This document shows positions 12,044-23,627 of a stretch of 57,738 nt of DNA, piece after piece; position 1 is the stretch's first letter, and each line of letters opens with the position of its first letter. The position numbers and the translations under genes were made by a program. The notes beneath the pieces were generated by a model. It did not search any database, was not told where the DNA came from, and was given only the letters and a program-made list of their open reading frames with translations. This DNA is from Cercozoa sp. M6MM (lineage: Eukaryota; Protista; Endomyxa: Ascetosporea): the NCBI GenBank assembly GCA_040357565.1, contig JBDODJ010000072.1; one strand, given 5' to 3'.

Positions 12044-15000
12044 ATGGTGCTGGTGGAGCCACTATCTGTGACGCACTTACATCGTGCTTCGTGGCTTGAC
12101 GACGAACGCCTAGCTTTTCAATGTGGCAGTGCTGTGTTCGTCCAAAAATTCAACGCAGTGACACAAAAAGCTAGCTTTACGAAACACACTCCGGAACTGC
12201 AACTTCAAGAGCTGCACCGCTTGACCTTTCCCGAATTTTCAGCTTTAGACTGCTGGTATTCGAACCCGCGAGACAATGAAATACTCGCTGCAGTGAGAGA
12301 TGCAACAGAAATGAAGCTTCTATCTTTCTCGCCGACGGGTAAACTTAATAATGTCGTCTTTAGGTAAATTGACGCTGTCAGTTATCTATTTACGGTACTT
12401 CTAATGGATGCTTGTGATTTTCGGCAATGATGTTCTCGTTATCTCGGATGGTATGAAAGTAGCTTCGCAACAGAGGTTACGAAAGCTCTTGACATACATG
12501 TGTCTCACTGTGGCAAGTTCGTAGCTGTTCTTTTCGAAAAGCTTCGCTCAGCTGGCACAAGTGACTCTGTCCTCGGCGTTGCTTTCACCATGTTCGAGCG
12601 AGAGTCAAAGACTGTGCTCGTGTCGAGTTACGGAGTTCCTGCTGATAGTGAGGTGCTACGCATCCTCCCGAGCTCGACTCATTCAATTGCCACTGTGTCG
12701 CGTCGTTCAGTTGGAATCCACCGTGTATCTGATGGTGTCGAAGAGGCATTCGTCGACAGTATCTACAGCACGGCTGCTTCGCTGGGAAGCTCTGCGTTCA
12801 TACCGTACTCAGTTGCATGGGAAAGTGAGGACAGTGTCCTCGTCTGCTGCAAAAAAGGCGAACTCGTCCGCATAGAAGGCTTCAGTGAAGTCATCCATTC
12901 AAAGATGAGTTTGGCCCCGTCGTACGTGCTCAACTGCCACAATGCGAAGGCAGTGCACGTCACTGCGAGTCACCTGATTGTCTCTGAAGATGATGTAGAT
13001 GAGAAAAGCATAACTTGGCGACCTCGAGCCGAGGTTTTAAGTACGGATTTTCGGGCTGTGTTTTCCAAGGACGCCACCGAGTCGACTGTGCGCTGTGCTT
13101 TGTCTCCTTCGTTCAATCGTCTTCTTGTTGTGACATCTCAAGGCAAGTTTAGGCTTGGCCAGATTCACCGCGAATCCTTCTTGTTTGGGTTGAATGAGCA
13201 AGCGGCTGCTGCAAGCGACAATCTTGACGCTTCTGAAACCGACTTGGGCTTAATGCGGAGCCAGACCACAGCTGAGTTCGACCGCCGCGAAACGGACAAC
13301 TGCACCTTCGTCGACCTGTTCCAGAAAGTGCCACTGAGACCTCAAAAGATCGACGACATTGATGTCTTGACGCAACAACGGTATAGAGTGAAGCAGTCGC
13401 ATGCTCAAGGTCATACTGTCATGCTCCCGCTTACCGACCGAAACGTGATTGCAGTGACCCAACTGGGCATCAGCAATCGCGTCTACTTCGTCGATCTGGA
13501 TGTCGACTGCAAACATGCTATACGCAGTCAGCTTTGCTTCGAAAACCCAGTGATAGCTCTTGCGATGTGTCCTCCGACAAGCCCAGACATTCAAGTTGTG
13601 GCGGTTCTCACAAGCGTCGGCACCTTAAGTCTTCACTATGTCGATCGACACCAAAAACTGCTTAACTTCGCCTCCCAAACCTTATTCTTCGAGACTGAAG
13701 ACGAATCGAAAGTGGAAATTGAAGCGAGGAACCTCCTTACATCCACTAGAATCACGCACGAAGACAGCGCAGCAACAAACAAGCGGCGATTCTCGCCGTC
13801 GGAAGTAGAGATGATCTGGAGTTTGGACGCGAAGACTATCACAGTGACAAACCTTCTGGAGGAGTACTGCGTACTCATCGAACTTCAGACGGATGGAATC
13901 GCCAGCATAAGAACGATAAAGCTCGCCGGAGCTTCCGTTGAGTGTGAGGCTGGTGCGGGTGGAGAACTCTCACATGCGTCTGAAACAGTCGCGGAGCTCA
14001 ATTCTCTGTGGTTCAAAAATGTTCGTGCCTTCGCCACTGCCGTCGGAGAGGTCGTGGTTGTATGCAACAACACCGTTGTCTTGAAAGCGTCTGCACATGA
14101 CGCTTTGGCTGCGAGCATGTGCTCACTGGCATTGACATCTCACGCGCGTTCTTTTGTTTCCTCTGCTTTCGATGGATCTCTGTTCAAGTGGCGACTTCCA
14201 CTGAGCGATCAACTTGAGCGACTTGCTGTTCCCGAAGTACCCTCGCCATTCGACCGAACTGCGATCGAGAAACCACTTGAGGCCGTGAGAGCAGATACCA
14301 AGAACTTGTCGCTCTATCATGAATCTGCGTCCTCTCTCCGCGCGGAGCTAGAGAATATGCAGGGCGAGTTCGAGCAGTTGCGAGAAGCGAACTTGAAATC
14401 TGAACCCGAAGAACAGGTGGCTGAGGAGGCATTTGTTGTGAATCATGACGCCTACAGCTTTTACCGCGAGGTAGAGCAGTGTGTCACCTCTCGTGTCGTT
14501 GCAGCATCTCGTCGTTGCATTCGCACTTTCGAAATTCAAACATCACGTCTCAAAAATTCTGTGATCGACGCTTACGATCAACCTTTGTGCAAACTTGCGA
14601 CCTTTGGCGATACTGGCCACAGTCACTGCGTGAGATCACTTCCGATGTTGTCGTTGCAAGAGCGCCGACAGTTAGAAAATGTGAAAGCAGAAGCTTTTGC
14701 GGCCATCTACCGTGAGTCTGACTCGAAACTGAAGGAACCCGAACCCCCGAAGTACCGATATTTTTTCGACAATGCTCCGGACTACGTTGACGCGCGATCG
14801 TGCCACAACACCGACGAAGCGCGCACTTTGCCTGCGGCGTCCTTCGTTCGGCCGTTGTTGGCTCTCCAGCCAACAGATTATCATCGAAGTTTACTGACAC
14901 AGCTGTTGAAACTTGTCGCCAACGAGCTGCGCATGTCGTTTAACCAAGAACTTCTTGAGAGCAAACGAAGCAAAGAAGACGTGATAAAGTCTGTTATCTC

Positions 15001-18000
15001 CGAACTCAAAGGTGCGTAAGATACTCTTCAAAGCCGTTTTTTGCACTAACGTTTTTTGTAGATGCGTTTAGTCTGTCGTACCAGATCCGTACGCTGGAGG
15101 CTCGACCGGAGTTGGAGCTGGTCGAAGCTTGTGACGACAGCGATTCAAATGCCTCTGAGTTTCTGGAGACAGATGAGGGCTTGAAGGAGGAAGCCGATAT
15201 TCTTGCTGAAGGCGAGATGATAATGCCGACGGACGAAGAGCGCGAGGCATTCCAATCGACGTTTCCGGCGATGGAAGAAAGAGAGCGGACTGAAGAGGCC
15301 ACCGCTGTGAAAGACACCGAGGTCCAGACGGAACGTATCTTCTCTGCAGAGGAACTAGTTGCCCTCAATAGACTAGCGGAGCTAAGCAAACCCACGGAGG
15401 AAGAAAAGACGCTTCGTGAAAGCAATGAAAAGGCTCTATACGATATGATGTATGGTACGAATTGCTTCAGTTGCTTTATTTATATTTTGCTTACTTTTCA
15501 TTTATTTTGTGAACACAGGAGTGCTGCAAGAAGTGGATGAAGAACTTGCATTTTTTGATGAAAGATACTTCGGCCTCAAGAAAGCGATTCAACCGTGGAT
15601 GGTAAACATACCTCGGAAGTACTGGACGGAAGCTCAGCTAGACGTCGTCTTAAAATTAAAAGACAGCATTCAAAAGTTTAACGTCAGTCGCGAGGTAACC
15701 ATAAGACAATATAATTTTCTGTCGATACGACCTTGGAAAACAATATATAATTTACGAATTGATATTTCCATGAAATGGGCAGGCCAAACTGAAGGAACTG
15801 AAGGAAAGACATTCTTCGCATCTTCGTGCAGCCTCGCGCATGCAAGTGGAAGTAGACTCTCGTGTTAAAGAGCTGGCCATGCGCCGTCTTCAGGTGGACG
15901 AAGAGGCGACTGCAGCTACGTTGTTGGGCACGAAATTAAGCTACGCAGCAGACGCGAATTCCTACCAGAAGATCCGCCAAACCGATTTGCAAGACAAAGC
16001 GAGGCTTCTCCATAACAAAGTGGCGCATCTCCTGCGTCACTACAACCACGCCATGGAGTTTGTGAAGATTCAAGAGGAGCGACTGCGGACAGTCCGCAAG
16101 CACCTCAAGAAGATAGACAGGTTGTTCAACCAAATTTGTGCCGGCGAACAGGAGGTACTCGAAATTTTGTGCACTTTATCCAAGCCGACTCAAACCTGAC
16201 TTGGACCTTACATCATCGTGATATAATGTAGTACTCTGACCTTTTCACGCTGGTTTTGGAGAAAACCAACAACTCAGAGGAACTCGTCGCGCTTCTTTCC
16301 GAGTACCAGCCAAAGCTACTCGAGCGCAGCTCCGATGCCTTCAAATCAAAGAAGGGAAGTCAGTCGACCACAATGTCTCGCAGATCTTCGCTGAAGACAG
16401 ACATAGAAACGAAGCGACGACACCGCAAGTCAACGATGAGATCGCTCAAGAAGTCGCTGTCGCGTCGATCGCAAAGGCGCAGTTTGTTTGAAGAAGCCTT
16501 GCTGCACGAGGAACGCAGTCTTTCGCACAAACAGTCAGGAACAGGATCTTCGAGAACCGGCTTTCATGAAGAAGGAAGCCTGTCGCAAAGCAATACACTT
16601 GCCTTCTTGGACCCATTTCACAGCCTACGCGAAAAGCGAAAACATAATGAAAAGATGGATTGTATTTCTCCTTTCGTTTTTTCGTGAAGTAGTTGCTGTC
16701 TTTGACGTTCGTACATTTACCGGAAATTTGTTTGTAGTCACATTACCAGAAATACCGGAAGAACTGAAGCCAGAAGAAATTAAAAAAGAAGACTGGCAAA
16801 CATTGCTATCCCTTCGACAGGACAAATTAAACTGCACCCTCGAGGGCAATCTTGTGCGGCAGGAGCTTCGCGCCGCCAAAACGCGATGTGAGGCATTGCG
16901 TGATCGCATCGCCGCTCTGCAGGCCGAGCTTGCAGAATCGCAGGAGTTGTTAAACGTTATTTCAAAAGAAATCGCCGACGACGGAAAGCACAAGCAAACC
17001 ATTCTCGTTCGTGTACCGCAGAGCAGCTGTGAGGTGCCACCGAGCTCGAAGATAGAAGACACCAACTCAATTATGCTCGCACGTGCTGACGACATCCTGA
17101 AGCTGAACAAGCAGATTCTACAGGCGGCAAAGCGATGGGTTTCGGAACTAGAGCGCGTGTGCGACGAAGGGTCGGCTCTAGACAGACTCAAATGGATCGC
17201 GAAAGGCAAGGAGCTTCGCAAACGCGATCTCGAGTTCCGATGCGCCGAATTGCAGGTGCATGCAACTCTGTTATTCAACACCTGCTCTGTCACAATCCTC
17301 TGTTTAGCTCATGCGAGTCACCAAACAACTGCACGCGTCGCTGCGCGAAGGCGGCTACGAAACGCGACGACAGAAGCAACAGAAGACTCTAAGCAGACAG
17401 CTTTCGTTCATCAAACGTGAGACAAAAAAGGACGCTGAGACTGCCACTGCCAATATTCTTGTTTTAAGGTACGAGGACACAAGAAATCGCACTTTTAACT
17501 TATTGTGATCTTGTATCCTGCAGCAAGGACATCGCACTGCTCGAGAATAAGGCAAAACGACTCGATGCCAAGTTGGGTATCTCTCGCCGCGTTCACAGCG
17601 TTTAGCTTACTGTTGATTTCCACAGAAAAGGCGCGTGTAGCAGCAAGGAACACAGAGAGAGTCTTTAGTATGTCCTGTAGGTTGTCGTTACTCCGCCTTT
17701 CAAAGATGGGATTGCCTTGTTCACTTGTCACTGTGACACCGGCAGACCACGCACCCGGTGACACCGGTGAACCGCAGCTCGACGGAACTGCAGTGCGCAC
17801 TAAGTTTAGTAACTACCTCGCTTTTCAAATGAACGATTTCTTTGAGTCTGTTGGTTTTCTCAGAACTCCTCCGGTTGGCGCAAGGACAGAAGGCCGAGAT
17901 CAAGTTCCTACGCAAGGTGCATGATCGGCTGTGCAAGGCGAATGTTCCTTCCTTCCGACGACAAGAGCAACAGCAGCACCTAGTAGGTGCAAGGGATTCC

Positions 18001-18018
18001 GGAAACGCTCAGACTTGA
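12044..18018 (+). CDS. CFAP43: CFAP43 (WDR96)-like WD40 plus coiled-coil flagellar protein; ~10 introns
   Basis: Degenerate WD40 N-terminus (FVSSAFDGSLFKW), then LRMSFNQE, EKALYDMMY|GVLQ, PWMVNIPRKYWTEAQ, FLDPF, WQTLLSLRQDK, ELQ|LMRVTKQL and a C-terminal KLLRLAQGQKAEIKFLRKVHDRLCKANVPSF typical of CFAP43. All junctions resolve as GT-AG; TGA at 18016-18018. Confidence 0.88.
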
Positions 18019-18088
18019 GGTCCGTGGCATCTCGTGACGTCATACCACGCATCTTTCAGTCAGTTGAGTCGGTCCTAGCTGCTACTAG

Positions 18089-20161
18089 TTAAAACTCCCC
18101 ACTGTACCATCGTTTCAGCAGTTTAATACTGCAGAATTTGATTGCACCGCTCTGTCCGTCGCTTTGCCAATTTGTTGCTTGCAATGATTGTCGGAAAGCG
18201 GAATGATGGTCAGCGCAGTTAAGCGAAGGTCTCTTGAGCTCGTGCGGAAGCAGGCAAGCTCTCGAGGTTGGTCTGTTCGCGTATACATTTCGCGCAGCGT
18301 GAACACACTTGGGCTTGCCGCAGAGAAGGTGACTTACCCATGAGTCGTCTGTAAGACAACCGGTCGACTCAAAGCCGGTGTCACCCTCAGACTGATACGC
18401 ACTGGGAAGAGACAAGGAGTTGCTGTCGGTGCGACGACCCGCATTGGGGCTGTTGCCGATAGAAGCGCGCGCCAAAAGATCCATAATGGTCGACACGATA
18501 CCCGACACCATTCCTGTCGACCACGCAAAAAGCGTACTGACAAGTCCTGTATTGCGAAGACTAGGCACTGGCACTACCTTCTTCGTCCTCGCTGTCATCA
18601 ACATTGTCAGAATCATTGTCAGTCTCAGTGTCCATGTCAGAGAGCTCATCACTGTCGATGTCGTACCACGAGCTGTCCATGCCGTCCTATTGACCATGGT
18701 CAAACATAGATAGAGGAATAAAATTAGATTAAACACAATTTAGCGAGAGAGAAATATTCGTACCGAAAAGGCAAGGTCTGCCCACGACATAGTCAGCGCT
18801 GTGTCACTATCCTCAGAGCGCTTGCTGGCGCTGTCGTTGAAGTCCATGTGTGAGGTATCGTCCGGTGTGCACTTCTCTTCGGCCGAACTGACCTCGTCGA
18901 TACTCGTATTGCAGGTCACGGGTTTTTTCTCATTGTCCGCAGTCGTGTCGACAGACGTCCTGAAGGCCAATCCCTCCGAGTACGAGTTCGCTTGCTTGGC
19001 TTTATCCACCCGTTCCTACCAGATACACGCTAAACTGTTTGTGTACAACTTACGTGAGGGTTCCAACTATGAACGCACTTGCAACTGCTCGAGTTGCTGT
19101 CGTTGTTGCAGTTTCTCGAGTCCAAGACGTTCCTCGGTGCGCTGGCGGCGTCTCTGTTCTCTCTGCAAAACAGTGATGAATTCAATACTGTAGCATCCAG
19201 TCTGACGCACACAAAGTGACCTCTCGGATCTTGCGCAACTTGCGCAAACGACGACGCGCCTCTTTGCGCAGTTTGCGCCTGCGCAACGCGTCCACTAAGA
19301 AGTGACAAACTACGCGCTGAGATTGAGCAACTCTTGTACCACTGCGCCTTTCGCTCGTGGTGCTGCTTCTCACGCTCCAGTTCCTGCGCCTCCTTCTGTT
19401 GCTCGAGTTCGTTCAGAATGTTATCGAGTCGGACACGCTGCTTCTGCACGCTGCCAGTGTCATCGTCGTTGCACACGTTGCTGTCACTGGCACTCTCGAG
19501 ACCCTTGGTAACGGAAAGAAAGGTGACAGGCATCACTAGCTGCTCGGACTCTGCTGCCCATTTTAGTATCCAAACAATCAGAAAACAACTTGAGTTCAAC
19601 ATCATCATCTAAATTACCGGTCTCCTCCTGGGTCGGAGCAGCCTGTGTTTTCTGCCTCCTACGCGAACGCATGCCCGCTGTTTCAAACATGTAAACTGAG
19701 TAATACCAACACACAACAATTCCCACGACGAGGTACCCAGTTTGACGAGCTTCCGCGCTGCACGTTCAACACGCTCCCGCAGCCTGTATTTAGTGTGCAT
19801 TTACTTTTTCCCTAACAGGGTGTCGATGTCACTGAATTCCGATCATACCGGTTGGGCACAGGCTGTCCGTTCTGCATCAAACGTCGCATGCGACTACAAA
19901 GATGCCAGTACTGATACAACATTGACCTTGAGACAAACCGAGCCCGCGCCTGTTATATATGGTACCGAAAAGAGACGTCGTCTCGAATGACGCGTTGCAG
20001 CGTGCGAGACTGTTTCACGGTGCCTTCTTCAAATGAGTGTTTGTTCTTGGACGTGGCAAAGACGAGACGCAAGAATTCAACGACAGCTTGCTTCGCAAAC
20101 ACACACGCAAGCAGTGAAAATAACTGAAACTGCCGTTGAATACTGATACCCTTTCACTCAT
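18089..20161 (-). CDS. Hypothetical multi-exon protein (basic coiled coil plus acidic/Ser-rich regions); 3' end uncertain
   Basis: GT-AG-joinable exons MSER|QAVVEFLRLVF..RVIRDDVSF|RRMRRLMQ..|LRERVERAARKL.., LNELEQQKEAQELEREKQHHERK, RRRKLRKEARRRLRKLRK and DSDELSDMDTETDNDSD. No family recognised. Confidence 0.5.
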
Positions 20162-20541
20162 CGGATGAACCCAACACAGGCTGTATGCCTAAAGCTGCTA
20201 GATTTATCAATAAAACTGGTGCTCGACCGTGTCCGGGTGTAAATGGCAGTTGGTCCCCAGAAGCAAAAAGTACAATCATAGACCGATCAAGGTCCAAAGC
20301 CGGGTCAGGGGTACAGTACTGGATCCGACTCAAGTCTACCGATCCGATTTTCGAGACCCGTCACCTGGCATATCTACTTTTTGTGAGGTCTGTAGGCGTG
20401 TGCTTTGTGCATTATTCATTGGTAGCGCGAGTCTCACGCTGACTGATAGTATGTCTGTCGAGTGCCGCACGTGCAACTTTTTGATTTCACCTGGCGTGGA
20501 ACTTTTGACGAAGAGTTATTTTGAGGGTTGTACAGAGCGAG

Positions 20542-21793
20542 ATGCACGACATTGACAAGCTTAACTCGCTGGTGGACAAGCGCATGGCCACGATCAAGGT
20601 GTGGGGGGGCCCCCAACTCGGGCGAGACCAACTCTCTAATGTGTGACAGGCCGACCTCAAGAGCGGCAAGCAGAAGAAAGAGGATTTGTCGCCCGAGTTC
20701 GGTGCTCTTCTTGAGGGCAAGACGCAGGTACATACGGGTCTTTTCTGTGCTGCACCCTTAATTACATTGAGTGATACAGGTGTACCACCGTCGGTACAAG
20801 TGGCTCACGGTGGCCCTCTGGCTCCTGGGCATTGGCTTTGTGTTGGGTGCGCCCAATGTGGCCGTGGTGCTGGCCTCGCTGGGCATCATGTACCTGTGGT
20901 ACGACCTGTACTCAGGTGTGCTGCACATCGTGCTGGACCACCCGGCGCACGTCGCTGTGCCGGTACATTAGCCTGTCCTTTCGTTCGTGGGTATTCCCAG
21001 GGTGTCTTGTGTTCCCAGGTGCTTTCTGCCCCGTGTCTGGAGTTCCAGTGGCACCACCACCTGCCGCGTGGTACCTCTACCCTTGTCTCTTGTGTCCTTG
21101 CGTGTGTCTGTCCCTGCGTGTGTCTGTTCCTGCGTGTGTCTGTTCCTGCTATCTTTCTGCATGTGTGTAGATATTGTGTCCAAGAGCTACATGGAGGTGT
21201 GCGGTGACCTCAACACTGTCGCCTGCATTCTCTCGGTCATCCACCTGTTCGGCTGGTACGTTGGCACCTTTAGATAAAAAGATCAACTGACTGGATTGAC
21301 TGGACCTCTTGTTTGACATGCGCAGGGGTCTCTACAATTCGCCCGTCGGCCGCTGCGTTCTCGGCTGCAAGCTGCTAATGGCTTACTTTGGCCAGGTACT
21401 TCTTGTCTACCGACATTTACACTTTAGACATGTGCATATACGTATGTCTGTATGTGTTAGTACTGCCACCGAATGTCGCACGCGCTCCGCAAGGACCGTC
21501 CGGCTGCGGTGCAGTTCCTGCAGGATAAGGGTACCATCAACAAGATAGCCTCCGCCCCTGGCATACTGACCTGTGTTTGAGTAGGTCTCATGCTGTCGGC
21601 GTCGGCGCATGGCATGCACCACAAGACGTATGACGACATGTTCTGCATCGGCAGCGGTGTGTGCAACCCTTTCTTGGCCTGGTGTCGCCGTAACGTGACG
21701 TCGAATCCGTCCATCTGGCTCGTCGTCTTCCTCGTCGCCTCCATCGTCGACTGCGTGCTTCTGACGCGCCTCATCGAGAGTCTGCTCCTCTAA
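20542..21793 (+). CDS. TMEM189/PEDS1-CarF-FAD4 family His-box lipid desaturase (7 introns)
   Basis: The spliced product has YDLYSGVLHIVLDHP, EFQWHHHLPR|DIV, GQ|YCHRMSH and HGMHHKTYDDMFCIGSGVCNP, the His pattern of the TMEM189_B/FAD4/CarF family, plus hydrophobic TM segments; TAA at 21791-21793. Confidence 0.85.
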
Positions 21794-22025
21794 GCTGAGC
21801 ACACCGTGACCATACTGCCCACCGACTGCGCTGACTCGCGATCGAACGGACGTGCCGCGCTGATCTATTGTTGGATACCATACTAGCTACTTTAGGGGTA
21901 CTATGATGTAAGCAATTACTTTTTTGCCGGGCTCTTATGGCAGATGGACACATGTTACCGCAGCCCTCTCAGATAGGGATCAGGCCTTGGTAAATTAAGG
22001 GTACTTTGCCAGTGATACAAAAAAA

Positions 22026-22547
22026 CTAAGGAACGAAATAAAGTCTTTCTTGGAGGAAGAGTGGCCAAGTGTCAGTTTGAAAGAGTGAGTTACCCCAACG
22101 GTTCAGTTGGGCGGCAAAGCACTGGTGGTGGACGGGACAGTCACCCGTCAGATGGGAACTGTAGAAAGGACAGTCAGTATAAAGGGTCCTTGAGACGGAA
22201 AGACGTCGTGAGAACTTAGTAATGAGGATTCAGAAGTACTTGAGTTGGAAGTAAAGAAAAGAAGGGCCCCTGGAAAGGCAGAGGACAGGTAGAAGCGAAG
22301 ACAACTGGTCCTGGAGAGATCAGATTACCTGGTCGAGAGAGAGCCCTTCTTTGAGTTCAGCTGCAAAAAGCTTGCTCAAGGCTTCCCTACTCAAACACAG
22401 GTGTTCCACAGTCTGGACTGAAGCTCTCAGTAGGTCAGGATACCAGCGAACACACGTCAAAATCTTCCACACCTCTTTCGAGGATTTTTTAAAGTTGTAG
22501 GCGAGGGTTGCTTCCGCGCGGATACAGTAGTTCATGCTGTAACACAC
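22026..22547 (-). pseudogene. Possible decayed non-LTR retroelement 3' fragment (RT-associated Cys/His knuckle-like)
   Basis: An intronless frame of ~170 codons broken by two TGA (QVI*SLQ, KYF*ILIT), containing EVWKIL, QTVEHL and DCPFYSSHLTGDCP. It looks CpG-poor relative to the flanks. No TSD or poly(A) seen. Confidence 0.25.
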
Positions 22548-22714
22548 ATAGTAAACATAGGTTTAAGTGCGACCACGCTAAATGCTGACGTGACGTGACT
22601 TAAAGCTCGGCAAAAAGTCGTCACACCCCTACTTTGGTAGTTCTAGTCAGTCGTAAACGATGGTACGGTTGGCCTAGGAATTGCTTCGCGCCGTCACGCG
22701 CACACGTGCGAGAC

Positions 22715-23204
22715 TTAGAGGATGGAGCCGCCGTCAGAGTTTTGGAACACAGTGTGCATGTCGACTGGCGCGAGGTTGCTGTCTGGTCTGTTCTCGGGCA
22801 CTAAACGGACACCAACAAGGAGAGACATAGAGAACTGCAGTCACGGGCTGTGTCAAAGAAGAAGACAAGCGTACAGTCGAGGTAGTCCTCGAAGCCAATG
22901 GTCTCGTCCAATCCGAGTGCAAAGTCGAGAAGCAGGTTGTTGCTCGGAAGACCCGGGCCACGGGTGCTCGCAGCCACGCCCACTGACACCATCGACATGA
23001 AGTCGTTGGCGGCCGACGAGCCGAAAGCTTGCTTGTGCAAGGCAGCCTGTTGTTGTCAAGATGCATGAGAACATCGTAGCACGAGAATAGAGGAAGGGGT
23101 ACCGTGTTCTCCAGTTTGCTGCAAAGCCACTGTCGCTGAACGTGCTGCACCGGGTGCACGGCATCACCGCGCAGTTCCGTCACGCGGCCCAACGGCTCCG
23201 CCAT
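22715..23204 (-). CDS. POMP: Proteasome maturation factor UMP1/POMP (3 exons)
   Basis: MAEPL..HPVQ..|AALHKQAFG..GPGLPSNNLLLDFALGLDETIGFEDYLD|LPENRP..DMH..* matches the UMP1 HP and LPS.N..LD...G.DETIGFED motifs. Introns are GT-AG. Confidence 0.88.
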
Positions 23205-23627
23205 CGTTTGTTCTGTTTCAAACACACCAGGTTTAACAAACAACAGCAAGGCACCAAACTAGTCAGGTATTGTACGGCCGACGGTCATTGGGTCAACCTC
23301 GCTGACTCGCTCGTCGCTCACTGACATTGGCTCGCTGTTGTCGCTGTTCTGCAAAGCACAAAACAGCCAGTGATTTTCCCGGTTTCGAAATCATCAGGAA
23401 TTTTGCAAGCACAAGGCACCACTGCAATCTAAGAGCGGCACAGACTCTGAAGTTAAATTTTCTTTCTCTGGCTGGTAGAAGTGTACACGCTGCGTGCTTG
23501 CAGGCGTCCTGAACTTTTGCTTTGGGATCGCTTCGGCGCGATATGAGCCGATAAACTGTTGAGTGCAAAAGCAGATCTAGACGCTACCACCGTGTTTGAC
23601 TGTGTGCTCAGGTTGCATTGCCAGTGC

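Noticed and set aside
21963-22600. Plus-strand read-through ORF (..KKLRNEIKSFLEEEW..)
   Set aside because: Interrupted by all three stop types; better explained as the antisense shadow of the minus-strand relic frame.
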